A DNA stretch of 64,000 bases from Cyanophora paradoxa CCMP329 (Eukaryota > Plantae > Glaucophyta), in the NCBI GenBank assembly GCA_004431415.1, contig QPMI01000430.1, positions 1 to 64,000 of the forward strand, given 5' to 3'. The notes beneath the pieces were generated by a model. The model saw nothing but the letters and a program-made list of their open reading frames with translations. It ran no database searches and was not told the DNA's origin. A program made the position numbers and the translations under genes. This document shows, in pieces, positions 1 to 11,638 of this stretch. Position 1 is the stretch's first letter; every line of letters starts with the position of its first letter.

Positions 1-865
1 TCGTCTTTCGCGTTTTGGCGCACAGAGAATACGAGAGTGTGGATGAGACCCGCACCTGTGAGTTGCGAGAGATTGACTCGCGAACGGAGGCGGTCGGCTG
101 GAAATCTGTGTGTGGAAACCGATTTCGTTGTAGGGGATCGCGAGCAGTCGATTTAACACGGGCAATGGTCTCAGATAAACCGCCTCATCGGATTTACGAC
201 CTTGCAAATAACGCGGGGTTTCAGCACTTGAAGGGAAGCGCCAATTGTTGGTAACCGAATATTGGCAACATTGTTAGTATCCTCAATGATACATCACCAA
301 TCGCCTTGAATTCGATTTCGACCACGATCTCAGAGTTCAGAGCGCAAAGTGGGAACATCGCCTTCTCGAAGGAGAGGGTAAATCGATTTCGTAGGTTCCA
401 CCGACAGTGTTACCAGCGGTTCCGACAAGACCACCCCATAGCGAAGTTTCTTATCGAGTTCGCCCTGTTCGGTCATCAGTAGAAAATACTGGGTGACGAA
501 ATCCTCTGGGACAACGTAGCGGAATGAAGCGTGAGAGATTTCGATGCGCTTAATTAGCGATCCAATAACGCGAAGGTAGCCAGTAGTTCCAGCGACAACC
601 ATTCGTGAGATCAGTGAGGGTGATCGGGTTAAGATCGAGTTGCAGCGCGAGACCATTCAGGAAATGGTAGCGGGGGATTTTGAAGACAACTCGGTTGCCG
701 AGAGCGCTGGGTGGCTCAGTGTCGGGGGCGACCAGAACTCGAAGTGGCTTAGTGCCAGAGGACGTTCCAATGACCAGCGACTTGTTTAGGAAATAATCCT
801 TGTAGTCATCGGTGGTGAGGCATAGATTTCAGCGTTGGGCGCTGGAATTGGCTGTTAGTCTCCAT
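1..865 (-). pseudogene. Major capsid protein of PLV-1, frameshifted; 3' part runs off the window
   Basis: From ATG 865 the joined frames give METNSQFQRPTLK..YFLNKSLVIGTSSGTKP..GNRVVFKIPRYHF..GYLRVIGSLIKRIEISHASFRYVVPEDF. This aligns by eye to PLV-2 MCP MDVTSTLQRLSLK..FFLDNSLMLGLESKTKP..GQRVSFKLPRYNF..GYTRPIGALVERLEFSYGSYTYHVPSDF. Confidence 0.85.
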
Positions 866-959
866 GAGCGTTTCTTCTCTTATCTTTGGGTCAGAAAATA
901 ATTTAAAGGGCTTAGTAGAAATTCATTTCGGGCGGTGCGTCGTAGGTTTCGATTTCAAA

Positions 960-1826
960 AGTGAAATAATGCGCCCAAACCCCGAAATCTAAGAGAGCGC
1001 CATCATGGTCGATGAGTTAATCGTGAAGGCGGTCGAAAGATTTTAATTCGCGGACTCGCGAATGAGAGGCACAGTAGTGGACGTGTCGAAGTGGTAGATA
1101 TCACCGTGTTCGAGTTCCTGTGGGATTGGAATGCGCATGAAATAACCGTCGACGTGCTTGTTGACTGAGCGAATAAACGGCGCGAATTCGTCAATATATA
1201 GCCAGATCATTGCAGCCGGGGTCTCATCTCCGAGTATAGCGCGAATGCGTCGATTGAGTGTCACAGTTCCCGTCCCAGGATTAAACAAGGAATGTATCGC
1301 TTGCAAGAGGGGTAAATGTCTCGTAAACATATAGTTGAATTTTTGAAACCGAATATTGCGAGTTTCTTAGCGATTGCTTTGCGGTTACTGGATTTTCTGA
1401 GTGTTTCGGAAGCTTTGGAGAACTTGAACCAAAAGTTACTATCACTGAAAAACTCATAGATCTTTGAAGTAGTATTATAGCGGCATTTAATATATTTTCC
1501 ACCGAAATCTGAAAGGCGAGCTGCTTCGAGTCTTTCTGTGACTTTTGCGGCAAGGTCGTCTTTGGTGTAAAATCCTTTGGGGATTGTGATGGTCACGAAT
1601 CCGAATCCGAAGCTGTGACCGAGAAATAGAGTTCCATGCGCTCGATGGTTGCACCAGTGGCGTCTATATCGTTTGTCACGGTCGAAAGAACATTGGGAAC
1701 CGTTGCCTGCACCAGGCGCACCGATTTTACGTTGTCATAGCGACGGGGTAATGTCACTACATACTTGTTTGGCTCTATGAACTCCTCGTCGCGATCATCG
1801 CTCGAAAAGCTCAGGTATTCTTTCAT
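960..1826 (-). pseudogene. Minor capsid (penton-like) protein 1 of PLV-1, frameshifted
   Basis: Fragments 1593-1826, 1261-1596 and 1043-1330. SSDDRD..NKYVVTLPRRYDNVKSVRLVQA matches LPKTYENVRAVRLVSA of 59771-60775; same position upstream of the MCP. 3' end approximate. Confidence 0.72.
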
Positions 1827-1914
1827 CTTACTATAATAGATTATGAAAAGAATAACAATAAATTGCGACAGTAGAGACCTTGAAATGGCGTGCTGCACTT
1901 GAAAACGCGCCTTA

Positions 1915-2678
1915 ATAATGTACGACGATTTCGTGTGCTATCAGCTGAGATTTCTAATAGCTCTTATGTTGTTCCGCCCGATCAGACAATAACTATAACG
2001 CTTCTGAACGAAGAGCCCACAGTAATCCCCGCATCCAAAAGATAGCACCGATTCCCAGCGTAAACGACTATTATTACGTCGATGCTGAAACGAACGATAT
2101 CCGAAAGAGAGAGCTTTAAACAGGGATGCTTTACTCGGTTTTTCAGGCGGTTCTTTTAATCCACTCGTCTCTTCCCGGTTTCCTATTCTCTCGCTCTGTC
2201 TACCAACCGCTTCGTGTTCTCATCTCCAAATAGCCCTTTACATTAGAGAGCTCAGACCAGGAGTTCTGTGATTGTCTCGGCATAGAACCCGGAGTGGTTT
2301 ACGCCAGCACAACAGAACCAGTGACGGTTCCACTCAGAGATTACCCAGTCGCTATGCATTTACGTGCCCGAAAATGTCGACTTTAATGCGATTCCATATA
2401 TTTACCTTGATATCGAAGAGCTCCGCCCGTTACCAAATTCGCAGCGGTTACAGGTAGACAGAACAATGTCGACGACTCCTATCTATTGCGAATTCAGATG
2501 AATTCGGACTTTGGTAGATATTCCTTTACCACGAACCGAGCGCAAGCATCCCTTTCGTAAATGTCACATCGCAACCTCGATTTAGATCGTCTCACAATTT
2601 CGCTTCGAAATGGCGGGGCTCTGTTGCGATATAAACGGTCTCTCATACTCGTTCCAGCTCGAAGTGATCACGGATTAA
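1915..2678 (+). pseudogene. Minor capsid protein 2 of PLV-1, heavily frameshifted
   Basis: Residual YLDIEEL (~2403) and terminal FQLEVITD* match YMHIKEL and FQLEFVAIGYD* of 60804-61706; same divergent arrangement. Start approximate. Confidence 0.55.
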
Positions 2679-2684
2679 GCGCTG

Positions 2685-4168
2685 TCACACATAGTAGCCC
2701 TCGAAATCAATTCGGCATGCCGAAGCAATATTCGTCGTGAGCACCCAGATACGAGGGTTCTCACAGATCTCGGGTTCGCTAAGAAATGTTCGTCGGGCTC
2801 CGCACTTCCGGCTATTTGATTTGCATGGTAAACACTCTCGTCGCGCCGGCTTCTGTGTATGTAACAAGCGCAGAAACTCCGGGAGTGAGCTGGTAATCGA
2901 TCTCAAACGTTTTAATATAGTTGCCATTCGCAGCCGGCTTCATTTTATTGAGGAAAGCATGAACAGACGCGGAAAATCGATGCGTAATAATTGCCTCCCG
3001 ACCTACTACCTTGCGGCGGGTTGGTAAATCCCACCCACCCGTAGCATTCGACCAGCGGGCATTGGAGCTGTCCCGAATTCCGCAATAAAAGCGCTATTAT
3101 CGAGCGCACCCAGTTGGACTCCGGGGGTGCGCTTACATCTGTGCACCCGGACAGATTAATTATGGAACGTCGCCCTCTGATAAATTCATTGTCAGCACTG
3201 AATACATCGCATTAAAATACGTTGCTGTGCGGAAACAAACGCGAGCGCTTCCGTTTCCAAATATTGCAGGTGACTGGTCGTGATCGTATCGAGGGTCATT
3301 TTGTCTTTCGGTAAAGGCACGCTCAGCTTATAGTAGCGATCGTAATTCTGATCATCGTTTCTGGGTAAAAGTTCCAGCAGCTTTACGTGGGCGTTTAGAT
3401 CGCTCGACTCTAAGAACATGCTGAGAATTGGCGATCCTGTGGCGCTTAGCATCCATTGCACGATCCCCCAATTTTTCATAGTGTCATACGAATATCCAGA
3501 TGTCGCCTTATCAGAGTCTTGGACGTGACCCGCCGTAATCGAGACCACTATAAGCTCCTCCTCGCAAGAGTTTCCGAATAAAGTGCGGGCGAATGTGTAG
3601 CCGCAAACCCCGGGCGAATTATTTCCACTCATGCAACCATCAATTAAACAGTATGTTCTTCCGGCGACTGTGACTTGTTTCGGCTCGAAATAGGTCGGAG
3701 CAGCCGAGGTAGCCCTTGCAGCATCGCGCACAAGCATCCCATTAATGTCTTCATCGTTGCTTGAAATAAAAACGGGGACATTAAGATCGTGTCAAATGCA
3801 GTCACGATGGTTGGTTTATAGAGATCCGCCATGGTCGCTGAGCCGCAGAGTTCCAGAGCCACAGCTTCTAAGTTAGTTGCTTCGTACTTTGGGCGCTGTA
3901 CAATCGATGTAAGCACTCGTGGATTCGCGAAAATCAGCGGTAGCTTCGCTTTGTAGAGCGCCAGAATATCAGTAGCAGTATATTTAGGGGCGCCATCGGT
4001 TCCCTTGATATTCAATAGGAGCGCGATTAATCCACCTGTGGATGTTCCCGCAAAGCAGTCGAATAGCTGTTGGATTCGTTTACCTGTTTGTGCTTCAATC
4101 TGTGCCAGTATAGCAGCCTCGATTATTCCGCGCGACCCCCCTCCACTCAGACATAAAACGGTCTTCAT
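2685..4168 (-). pseudogene. Patatin-like phospholipase with C-terminal discoidin-like domain, frameshifted
   Basis: GGGSRG, GTSTG, ATSAAPTYF and IDG motifs. Downstream fragments YIKTFEIDY and RIWVLTT..CRIDFEG match the C-terminal domain of 45861-47417. Confidence 0.85.
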
Positions 4169-4211
4169 TATCTTATATACTTCTTATATATCTTCTTTGT
4201 TTATAAAGAGG

Positions 4212-7200
4212 ATGTCGTTCCTGAATCCGAGACCCGATGCACGAGTAATTAATTCGACCACGCAGATAGAGGACACTGACCAGGTAAACACCGAAATTCG
4301 TGGGTCTATCAGAATAAATTACAATGCAGACCGCGAAGATCCAGTCAGTGGAACACCGAGCAGACCCGCAGCTTTGCAGTTAATGAACGTCGAGAAAGGG
4401 GATCATAAACTTGGAATCGACTTTTTACTTGATGATAACGAGCGAAACAGAGCTGCCAGCATCCAGGCGACTCGTCAGTTACCGAAAACGGTGCGATATA
4501 ATCGCAGGAACATCCCGAAAGCATTCGATAGAGGTCGCTTAAACTTCTTCATTCAAGATGAGAGCGGTTTCCAAAATGCAGCTATGAGAATCGTGGATAA
4601 TAGCACACTTATAGCGGGAGTATCCACACGGAAAACAAAGGTAGAGGTCGTCCATGATCTCTCAGCAGGTAATCTAACGACGAGTAATATTACAGCAAGT
4701 AACATATCTACAAATACTCTTAACGTAAACTCGCTTAACTCCGAGTCGTTTTTCGCCACCAATGTCGCAACCTGTAACCTAAACATCGAATCCTTTGTGA
4801 TTCAGAAGAGCGAATCGGTTCCCCAGATAACAGAGGGTGTTTTCACATTAGACCCGCGAAACCGACCTTAGAAATTGTCGAAAATGGGAACGTTGTGGAT
4901 ATAATTGGCGCCAATGCTCCGAATGTGAGATCCTTAGCACTTGATAAAACGACTATATCATTTGCAGAGGAGATTCCGGCTTTTACCACAGAGAAACAGG
5001 CACTGAGAACAGATCATGTTTACATTACCAGAGACAATATAAACGATCTTTTAGGCAAGGACATCGTAAAGGCGTTTTTGGAGTTCGAGAGGAGCAAGAA
5101 CACCAAAGATTCCAGCCAGGATGGAACCCTCACGACCCACACTACTGAAATCGCGGCTTTGCAATCCGAAATTAATGCTCTGTTTGCAGCAGATGGAGCG
5201 CTTGCAATTACCTTAGCCCATATTCTATCGAAAAGGAACATTTACCCGCGACTGATAACACATACCGGGTTGGTTTATCGAATCTGAGATGGTCAGAGGT
5301 GCATGGAGTTTCCATGTTTGCCTCCAATTTAATCCTTCCATTTAATCACTCACTCCGACCCAATCAGATTCTCACCAGTGATAATGCACTGATCAGCTAC
5401 ACTGACTTTAATAGTAACCTTTCCCGCTCGGTTTCGCGGACTGAGACCTACACTGTCGAGGATACCCTCAGCAGATTGCAAATGGGGTCTTTGTCGCTTA
5501 TGTAGGCAACCTACATATACATTCACTTGGGATCAGTTGGGTGTCACAGGTTTCGAGACGACTATACCCACTGTTTCATTGGTGGATCACACTACTTATT
5601 ATAATCCTATCACTAACAATAATGAATCGAATAAAGCATTTATTCAAAATGTCACCTCCACAGGGTTTCAGGTTTCGTTTGTCATTAACGAGACATACAA
5701 TTTACTTATCATCCGAAACAACTTATTGACTTCCGAAGCTACTATAAGTTTCACTCTTACCATCAATTATATCACCCCTGAATTCGATAGCGAACCCAGA
5801 GTAAAGGTTTACCGAGATTTACAAGGTAGCAATATCGTGCCCTTCTCACAGAATTTCGATCTTGGTGCGAATTCTTTAAGGTGGAACACAGTTTATTCTT
5901 TGAGTGCAAACACCTGTAATATTGTAGTCGCAGGTTCATCGGCTACTATTGGAGATCTGACCGCGCCTTTTAGAAAGGAGTATCTTAAAGAGCTGTATAT
6001 AACAAAGTCTGATTTACCAGATGCTATTTCGTTGGTGCTCTCCCCCACTCCCAGCATATCCTACCACAATGTGAAAGACACAAGTAATGTAGTGCAGAGA
6101 GGAAGTAAAGTATTCCAGGCATCCGAGATAGGATCGGTCTCATATAGATATCTTGCAGGGGTTCCAGCGAGTTTTAATTTCACATTTGAGTCTCCATTTG
6201 TCTCTCCTCCTACCATTGAAATTACAGACCCGAGTCTGTATGTGGTCAATGATGGCTCATCTACCTCTCTTCAAAATGCACCAGCTGGCTACTCCCCGTT
6301 TGTTGCAACTAACATAACAACCACCGGCTTTACGCTCGTGGAAATGCAACAGTGACATATGCTTTATCAGGGTATCCTATTGGGTTGTATTTTGCGAAAT
6401 TTAATCTCTCTGTTATCCAGCAGTTTCCCTTTCTCCTCCCTTCACTGTGAGTTGGAAGGCAACAGGAACTATTCCGCGATTTGACCCCGAAGACCGATTA
6501 AAAATAAGGTATCCTCTCGATGTTACCGACATTCATACTACGAGGATCAATGGGCAGAACTTCGTATTTAATGGAACCAATGCTACTCTGATCGATAATC
6601 GAGTTACAAATAATTACTTTTTCGATTCTCGATACATTAATACTTGCAACATTGTCATACATAAAACGTTTGAGGATCGCAGTAAGACCTTAACAGTCAC
6701 CTTGCCCACTCATTCGAATGTCTCAGATGGATTTTACTATTATCTGTTAAATCGCTATTACACCTCTTATATTCCATATCCTTCTGAGACTGTCAGCATG
6801 AGCTATCCCAAAGTCACCCTAACATCGACCAATGCTGACTTCTTTGGATCCACAGACTTCATGAGAGACTTCTTTTATTTTACATCCTCCACAGATGGTC
6901 TCTTAGTTTATTACTCTTACAAATATGAGTCTATTGCTACCCAAATCGAAAGCCACCCAAACACTGATGTGATCACAGCAGGCGATAAGAAATATATAAA
7001 AACCGCTTCCCCATGGGTTTGCACTGTCCGGCTCGATGACAGATACACTCCTAACCTAAATAACATTGGATTGCACTCGACATGCAATATTTATGTGCAA
7101 GGTGCGATTTCGGCTTCGAAGTACTTTGAGGGTGGGAATTGTGATACAGGACATAGGTTGCTATCGCGAAATGGACTCTTTGAGTCATTCAGTGGGACGG

Positions 7201-7917
7201 CTCTACCGCCCTTTATCAGGGACACAGTCTATGATACCACATGCAATATTTGGGTGTGTCGATCTGTGAGCAATCCACCTGTGACACAGGAATTATACAA
7301 GTATCTCGCAGATACCTATGGTGCAATCTCAGGATCCTCCACAGGAAATCCAGCGACGGCTCCAATCGTGTTTGCGAATGCATACACAGCGCCAACCTCA
7401 TTAGCAGGGTCGACGGAACCGCCCCCAGATTCAGATCCTAACTTGCCTCCTGATGAGTCAGACCCACAGACCCCACCTACCACTGATCCTACAACACCTA
7501 ATAATCCCACAAATCCTACTAATCCAGTCGGAGCACCGGATCTGATCCAGGAAATTTAGTGCTTATCATTCTCTTGCCGATTCTCGGTGCTCTTGGGCTT
7601 GTGCTTGCATACAAATTCCGAGCTCTATGTTGTGCTTGCATAGACAGAACCATTGCAGGAGCAGGTAATAAATACTCAACACCAGAGCTTAATGTGACCC
7701 AAACAGCCGAAGGAGATGTGGGGTTAGAGGTGAGGTCAGCCGAGGGGCATGGTCTTAGTGTTGTGAGAACTGATCAACCACCAGCAAGTAGGGCAGCACC
7801 CAAAAATCACGAGCAGAACGAATGGCTGAATCAATAATGAATGAAAATGCAGACTTTATGGCGGAAATTGCACAACGAGAAGGGAGAATATATGAACATG
7901 TTCCAAATGTTATGTAA
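4212..7917 (+). pseudogene. Large virion fibre/structural protein, split by frameshifts into about 6 ORF pieces
   Basis: N-terminus (IQATRQ..IPKAFDRGRLNFFIQDESGFQN) is homologous to that of the PLV-2 giant fibre (IKATRR..IPTRFDSGRLVFNVQDEKGKQN). Consecutive same-strand fragments; beta-rich; Pro/Thr linker followed by a hydrophobic helix near the C-end. Confidence 0.65.
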
Positions 7918-7955
7918 CAACCTTAATTTTTGTAGTATGCCATAATAGAGAAATA

Positions 7956-9419
7956 ATGACGGAGCCCATAGTAGAAACGACAATAAAGAATGCTGTCTTG
8001 GATAATCAATTTTATATAACCCATGCCAATATACCCAGTGAATCCAATGACCTGATAGTAGATCTAAAAGGGTATGTGATGGGAGCTATGGCTTCCAACC
8101 TGTGGAATGACATTTTTGGTTACGAGTTTGGTCACATATATGACATAGCAAATGGGATTGGTTATGTGGATGCAATGGCAGGAACAGCCTTTCGAAATCT
8201 AAATTGCAACTGTGTGGGTGGGTGGATGTTTCAGATCTGTTCAAATGTCGATCCTACTATTGATCCCGCCACGATAACCTTTGATTGCAATCTGTTTGCC
8301 CCCAAAACCATTTTCTCCATCACTTGCAATCTCGTTAATTCGGATGTGCCCATAGTAGCACCTGTAATAGGTGCATCAAATATGTATATCCAAAGAAATC
8401 CGGTCGTGCATACAGGCGCCGAATTTATATTAGGCGACAACACCCCAATTAGTCGACTCGAATTGCCCACGAATTTCACCTTTAATCTCGTGGATGAGTT
8501 CCCTAACAGTCAAAGTCTCATGTATTTCACCTCTGAAAATCGCCTTTCGGGTGCATTCTCGCCCATCGAGCTCTCTATACCGAAGCAAAAGGTGAGCTAT
8601 AAAGAGCTTACAGATGTGCCGGCGGGTTTTAGTGGGAAGTGGAGTGATATCATTCAGAAGCCGACTTGGAGTAGTGTAGCATACACAGGAAATTACTATG
8701 ATTTAGTAGGAACTCCCGATTTCACAAGCTATATACCTCGTTGGATCGATCAAGGTGTAATTATATCAGAATCTACACTCCCTTTCAATGGGACATGGGA
8801 TAGGTTATTTACTAAGCCGAATTTGCATGCTGTTGCCACAAGTGGTGATTACAACGATTTAACTAACACCCCTATTGCACCGACCTTGCATGCTGTGGCT
8901 ACAAGTGGGAGCTATACAGATTTAGTTAATACACCAAACTTGCATGCTGTGGCTACAAGCGGGAACTATGACGATTTAATTAACACACCCACTTCGCCAC
9001 CTACTCACAATCACAGCATCGAGTTGCTCACGAATTTCGGTAGTTATGTGAATCCAAATGCATATGTGCAACAAGGGACAATGGATGTAGTAATTCCTGC
9101 CGGAGTCTATTACAAAGGGGATTTTACCACAGTATCGGGAACCGTTACATTCTCAACCCCATTTTTTAGTGATCCTGTAATTACTGCTACTCTCGAAAAC
9201 AGTATTATTTTAACAAGTGTCGATTTCACCAATAGCATATATCTCTCTGCTGAATATCAGTTCGGAAATCGCATTGGGTTCAAAAATAAATTCACTTGGA
9301 TTGCGATATTCACTTGTTACTCGGACATCAATTATAACAGTGTGATCCAAAGCAATCGCACTCTTAAACTCCATTGGATTGCTGTCGGACCTCTCCAAAA
9401 CAATAATATTCTCACTTAA
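7956..9419 (+). CDS. Fibre-like protein with LHAVATSG(D/S/N)YxDL repeats and a probable lectin-like tip
   Basis: 487 aa. Three phage-fibre-type LHAVATSGxYxDLxNTP repeats; C-terminal GTVTFSTPF..PVIT..WIAVG. Confidence 0.65.
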   Translation: MTEPIVETTIKNAVLDNQFYITHANIPSESNDLIVDLKGYVMGAMASNLWNDIFGYEFGHIYDIANGIGYVDAMAGTAFRNLNCNCVGGWMFQICSNVDPTIDPATITFDCNLFAPKTIFSITCNLVNSDVPIVAPVIGASNMYIQRNPVVHTGAEFILGDNTPISRLELPTNFTFNLVDEFPNSQSLMYFTSENRLSGAFSPIELSIPKQKVSYKELTDVPAGFSGKWSDIIQKPTWSSVAYTGNYYDLVGTPDFTSYIPRWIDQGVIISESTLPFNGTWDRLFTKPNLHAVATSGDYNDLTNTPIAPTLHAVATSGSYTDLVNTPNLHAVATSGNYDDLINTPTSPPTHNHSIELLTNFGSYVNPNAYVQQGTMDVVIPAGVYYKGDFTTVSGTVTFSTPFFSDPVITATLENSIILTSVDFTNSIYLSAEYQFGNRIGFKNKFTWIAIFTCYSDINYNSVIQSNRTLKLHWIAVGPLQNNNILT

Positions 9420-9440
9420 TAAGTAAAGAACAATCAAAAG

Positions 9441-10436
9441 ATGTCGACTGTATTCACGCCTGTGTTTTCTTTGAGTGCAAGTGCTGTCCATAATGTCCAA
9501 CACACAGTCTATGATTTATCTCCGAGCCACCCTTCGACTGAGACAGCGAAAACCGATTCTTTTAATGACCAAAGCATACTCAGAGTCAAAGAACTCAGAG
9601 CTGACAAGATTGATGGACTCGTTAAAGCTACTCAAATGATCGTATCGAATCGACCCGCAATCTCTTCGGGGCTGGTCACCAAAGAAAATCTATATGAAGG
9701 TCAACAGGATTCCAAAACGGCTTTTAATCCGGCTGATAGGAATTCGGCGGCTTTCCAAGTTTACAGTGGTGGGGCATGGATTGGGACTGGCTTGGGTGTG
9801 AATGGTAATGCGACAATTACTGGAAGCCTTACAGCTGGATCTTTTGGGACAGTTAAAACGACCACTATTGATTCAGGGGGAAATACAGATTTGGTGATCA
9901 AAAGGAATAATGAGAATATCGCTTCTACATTTGCAAACAGCCACACAAATTCAACAGGTGGGGCGGTTGCTGGAACTTACAACTGGAAAGGTCTTACAAT
10001 TAATGGGACAAACTCTTATCTTGCTACTCCTAACCATCCACGGTTTTGTGTTGGAATTTCCACAACCCTATCAACTACCTCAGGAATATATTTAACCTCG
10101 TATGGAGAGGTATGGTTAAACAATGGAAATCACATTGATACTTCGAATGGTGTTTTCACAGCTCCTGTATCTGGTCACTACAAGTTCATTTTCACAGGTG
10201 CGACAAAAGAAGATAATTTACTTTCTCTTGTTCATCTACGAATAAATAATGCAACTCCTAATGGTAAATTTTGTATTGCTGTCGTATCGGCATTAAATGT
10301 GGTCTCTCTTAGACCCATCTGTTTGAACGTCTCAGTAGCAATGTCTGCTGGTGATACAGCCAGGCTTTATATTGTTTACGGAGGACTTACTGCTTCGAAT
10401 TGTCAATGGAGTGGTGAATTAATTTCTGCAACATAA
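9441..10436 (+). CDS. Fibre protein: PLV anchor-like N-domain plus C1q-like C-terminal domain
   Basis: RVKELRADK..G.VK.T N-domain shared with 37317-38147 and 38715-39569; C1q signature NGNHIDTSNGVFTAPVSGHYKFIF..WSGELI. Confidence 0.75.
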   Translation: MSTVFTPVFSLSASAVHNVQHTVYDLSPSHPSTETAKTDSFNDQSILRVKELRADKIDGLVKATQMIVSNRPAISSGLVTKENLYEGQQDSKTAFNPADRNSAAFQVYSGGAWIGTGLGVNGNATITGSLTAGSFGTVKTTTIDSGGNTDLVIKRNNENIASTFANSHTNSTGGAVAGTYNWKGLTINGTNSYLATPNHPRFCVGISTTLSTTSGIYLTSYGEVWLNNGNHIDTSNGVFTAPVSGHYKFIFTGATKEDNLLSLVHLRINNATPNGKFCIAVVSALNVVSLRPICLNVSVAMSAGDTARLYIVYGGLTASNCQWSGELISAT

Positions 10437-10445
10437 AGTAAAAGA

Positions 10446-10709
10446 ATGTCGAACATCTACCAAGTGGTTTTAACTGATACTGAAAAACTCGGAATGGAAT
10501 ACTGTGCCTACTCTGTTCAGGATTGGATCGATAATGTTGTTCATAATAGGGCGAGAATTGCGATTGATGAGATTGTGGACAAAGAAGTTAAATCGTGTAT
10601 TGCCGCTGGAATTCCGATTCCACTCACAAAGGAAGCGATTGTAGAGCAAGCGTTTAATCGGGGGACTGTTCAGAAGGCAAGCGAAATTAATGTGAGTGCT
10701 CCTATGTAA
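10446..10709 (+). CDS. Small phage-type protein (putative fibre partner or chaperone)
   Basis: 87 aa, LTDTE..MEY.A.SVQDWIDN.VHNRARIAIDEIV; recalled as resembling small proteins beside C1q fibre genes in aquatic phages. Confidence 0.55.
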   Translation: MSNIYQVVLTDTEKLGMEYCAYSVQDWIDNVVHNRARIAIDEIVDKEVKSCIAAGIPIPLTKEAIVEQAFNRGTVQKASEINVSAPM

Positions 10710-10920
10710 AGAAAGAATGAGAGAGGGGTTTATTGTTATTTTTCATAGATCATGCATAAGAAAGGCATGTATCTTGCATAGTGGGCGGGGCGCGAGTGGT
10801 TCCAGTGCATTAAATGGAACATTTCGATTGAATTCGCGAGTTTGTGCAGGTGGGCATTTTCGGCATGCTTGCTCATGCACAAACTTGCTTTAAAAAGAAT
10901 AGATAAAGTGCAATTCGGTT

Positions 10921-11244
10921 TTAACTCTTACGAGTTTTACTATAACATTCTCGGCATTGATAGTAGAGACCATCCTTTGTGCTTTGTTTTTTATTATACT
11001 CGCTTGCAGGCTTTTCAATCTTGCAGTGCGAGCATACCTTCGATTGTACTTCGATCTTCGGACGCGTTTTTAACACGAAATGATAAAGGTAATTGTGATA
11101 CTCTCGATCACAGTCTTTGCATCTCCACGACAATGTTTTATTCCCTGAGCTACTCTTTTTCAATTCATAACTTGATGCCGGTTTTACCTTGTCACAAACA
11201 TTGCATTGCTTACTCTCAGGTAGATTTACTTGATTGCTTGCCAT
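10921..11244 (-). CDS. Zinc-ribbon repeat protein
   Basis: Two KxCxxCxxxKPASxY..CxxC units. Confidence 0.65.
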   Translation of the reverse strand: MASNQVNLPESKQCNVCDKVKPASSYELKKSSSGNKTLSWRCKDCDREYHNYLYHFVLKTRPKIEVQSKVCSHCKIEKPASEYNKKQSTKDGLYYQCRECYSKTRKS

Positions 11245-11375
11245 TGTTACAGTATATTAACGGGAAGTCTTTAAGTGGGGATCACTTGTTTAATTGGTGG
11301 GGCTCACCTTGATTTTTCAATTTGGCTAACTGAAAACAGTCCGGAAACGATCGGGAACATTTCATTAAAATAGGG

Positions 11376-11580
11376 GTCTTACTGTCCTTACTGAGAGATC
11401 GGGGGAAAGTTAAAGGGCTTACTGGGAATGGTAAGGAATTAGAAAAATGAAGAATGAAAGGGTTTCGTGATTGGTTTCAGTAAGGAGAGGTTAGATGTTT
11501 GAAAAATACAGTGCTAATTTATAATTTGTTACTGAGCCTTACTGAGAAATTTGAAAATGGATAATGGGCTTACTGAGAAT
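11376..11580. repeat. Cluster of CTTACTG/CAGTAAG motifs (iteron-like) at the PLV-1 right end
   Basis: About 7 copies in both orientations in a non-coding 200-bp stretch. Confidence 0.55.
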
Positions 11581-11638
11581 GGTAGTGGGGAAGGTCGCGC
11601 AATTGGTGGGGTTGGCCACCCAACGAGCCGGATCGATG

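Larger units (their letters stand above)
1..11600. mobile_element. Endogenous Polinton-like virus PLV-1 (partial; continues beyond the left edge; right boundary approximate)
   Basis: Intronless, AT-richer, gene-dense block. Its MCP, two minor capsids, patatin and fibre genes are recognisably homologous to those of the complete element at 34613-63780. Abrupt switch to GC-rich host DNA at ~11,600-11,640. Confidence 0.88.
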
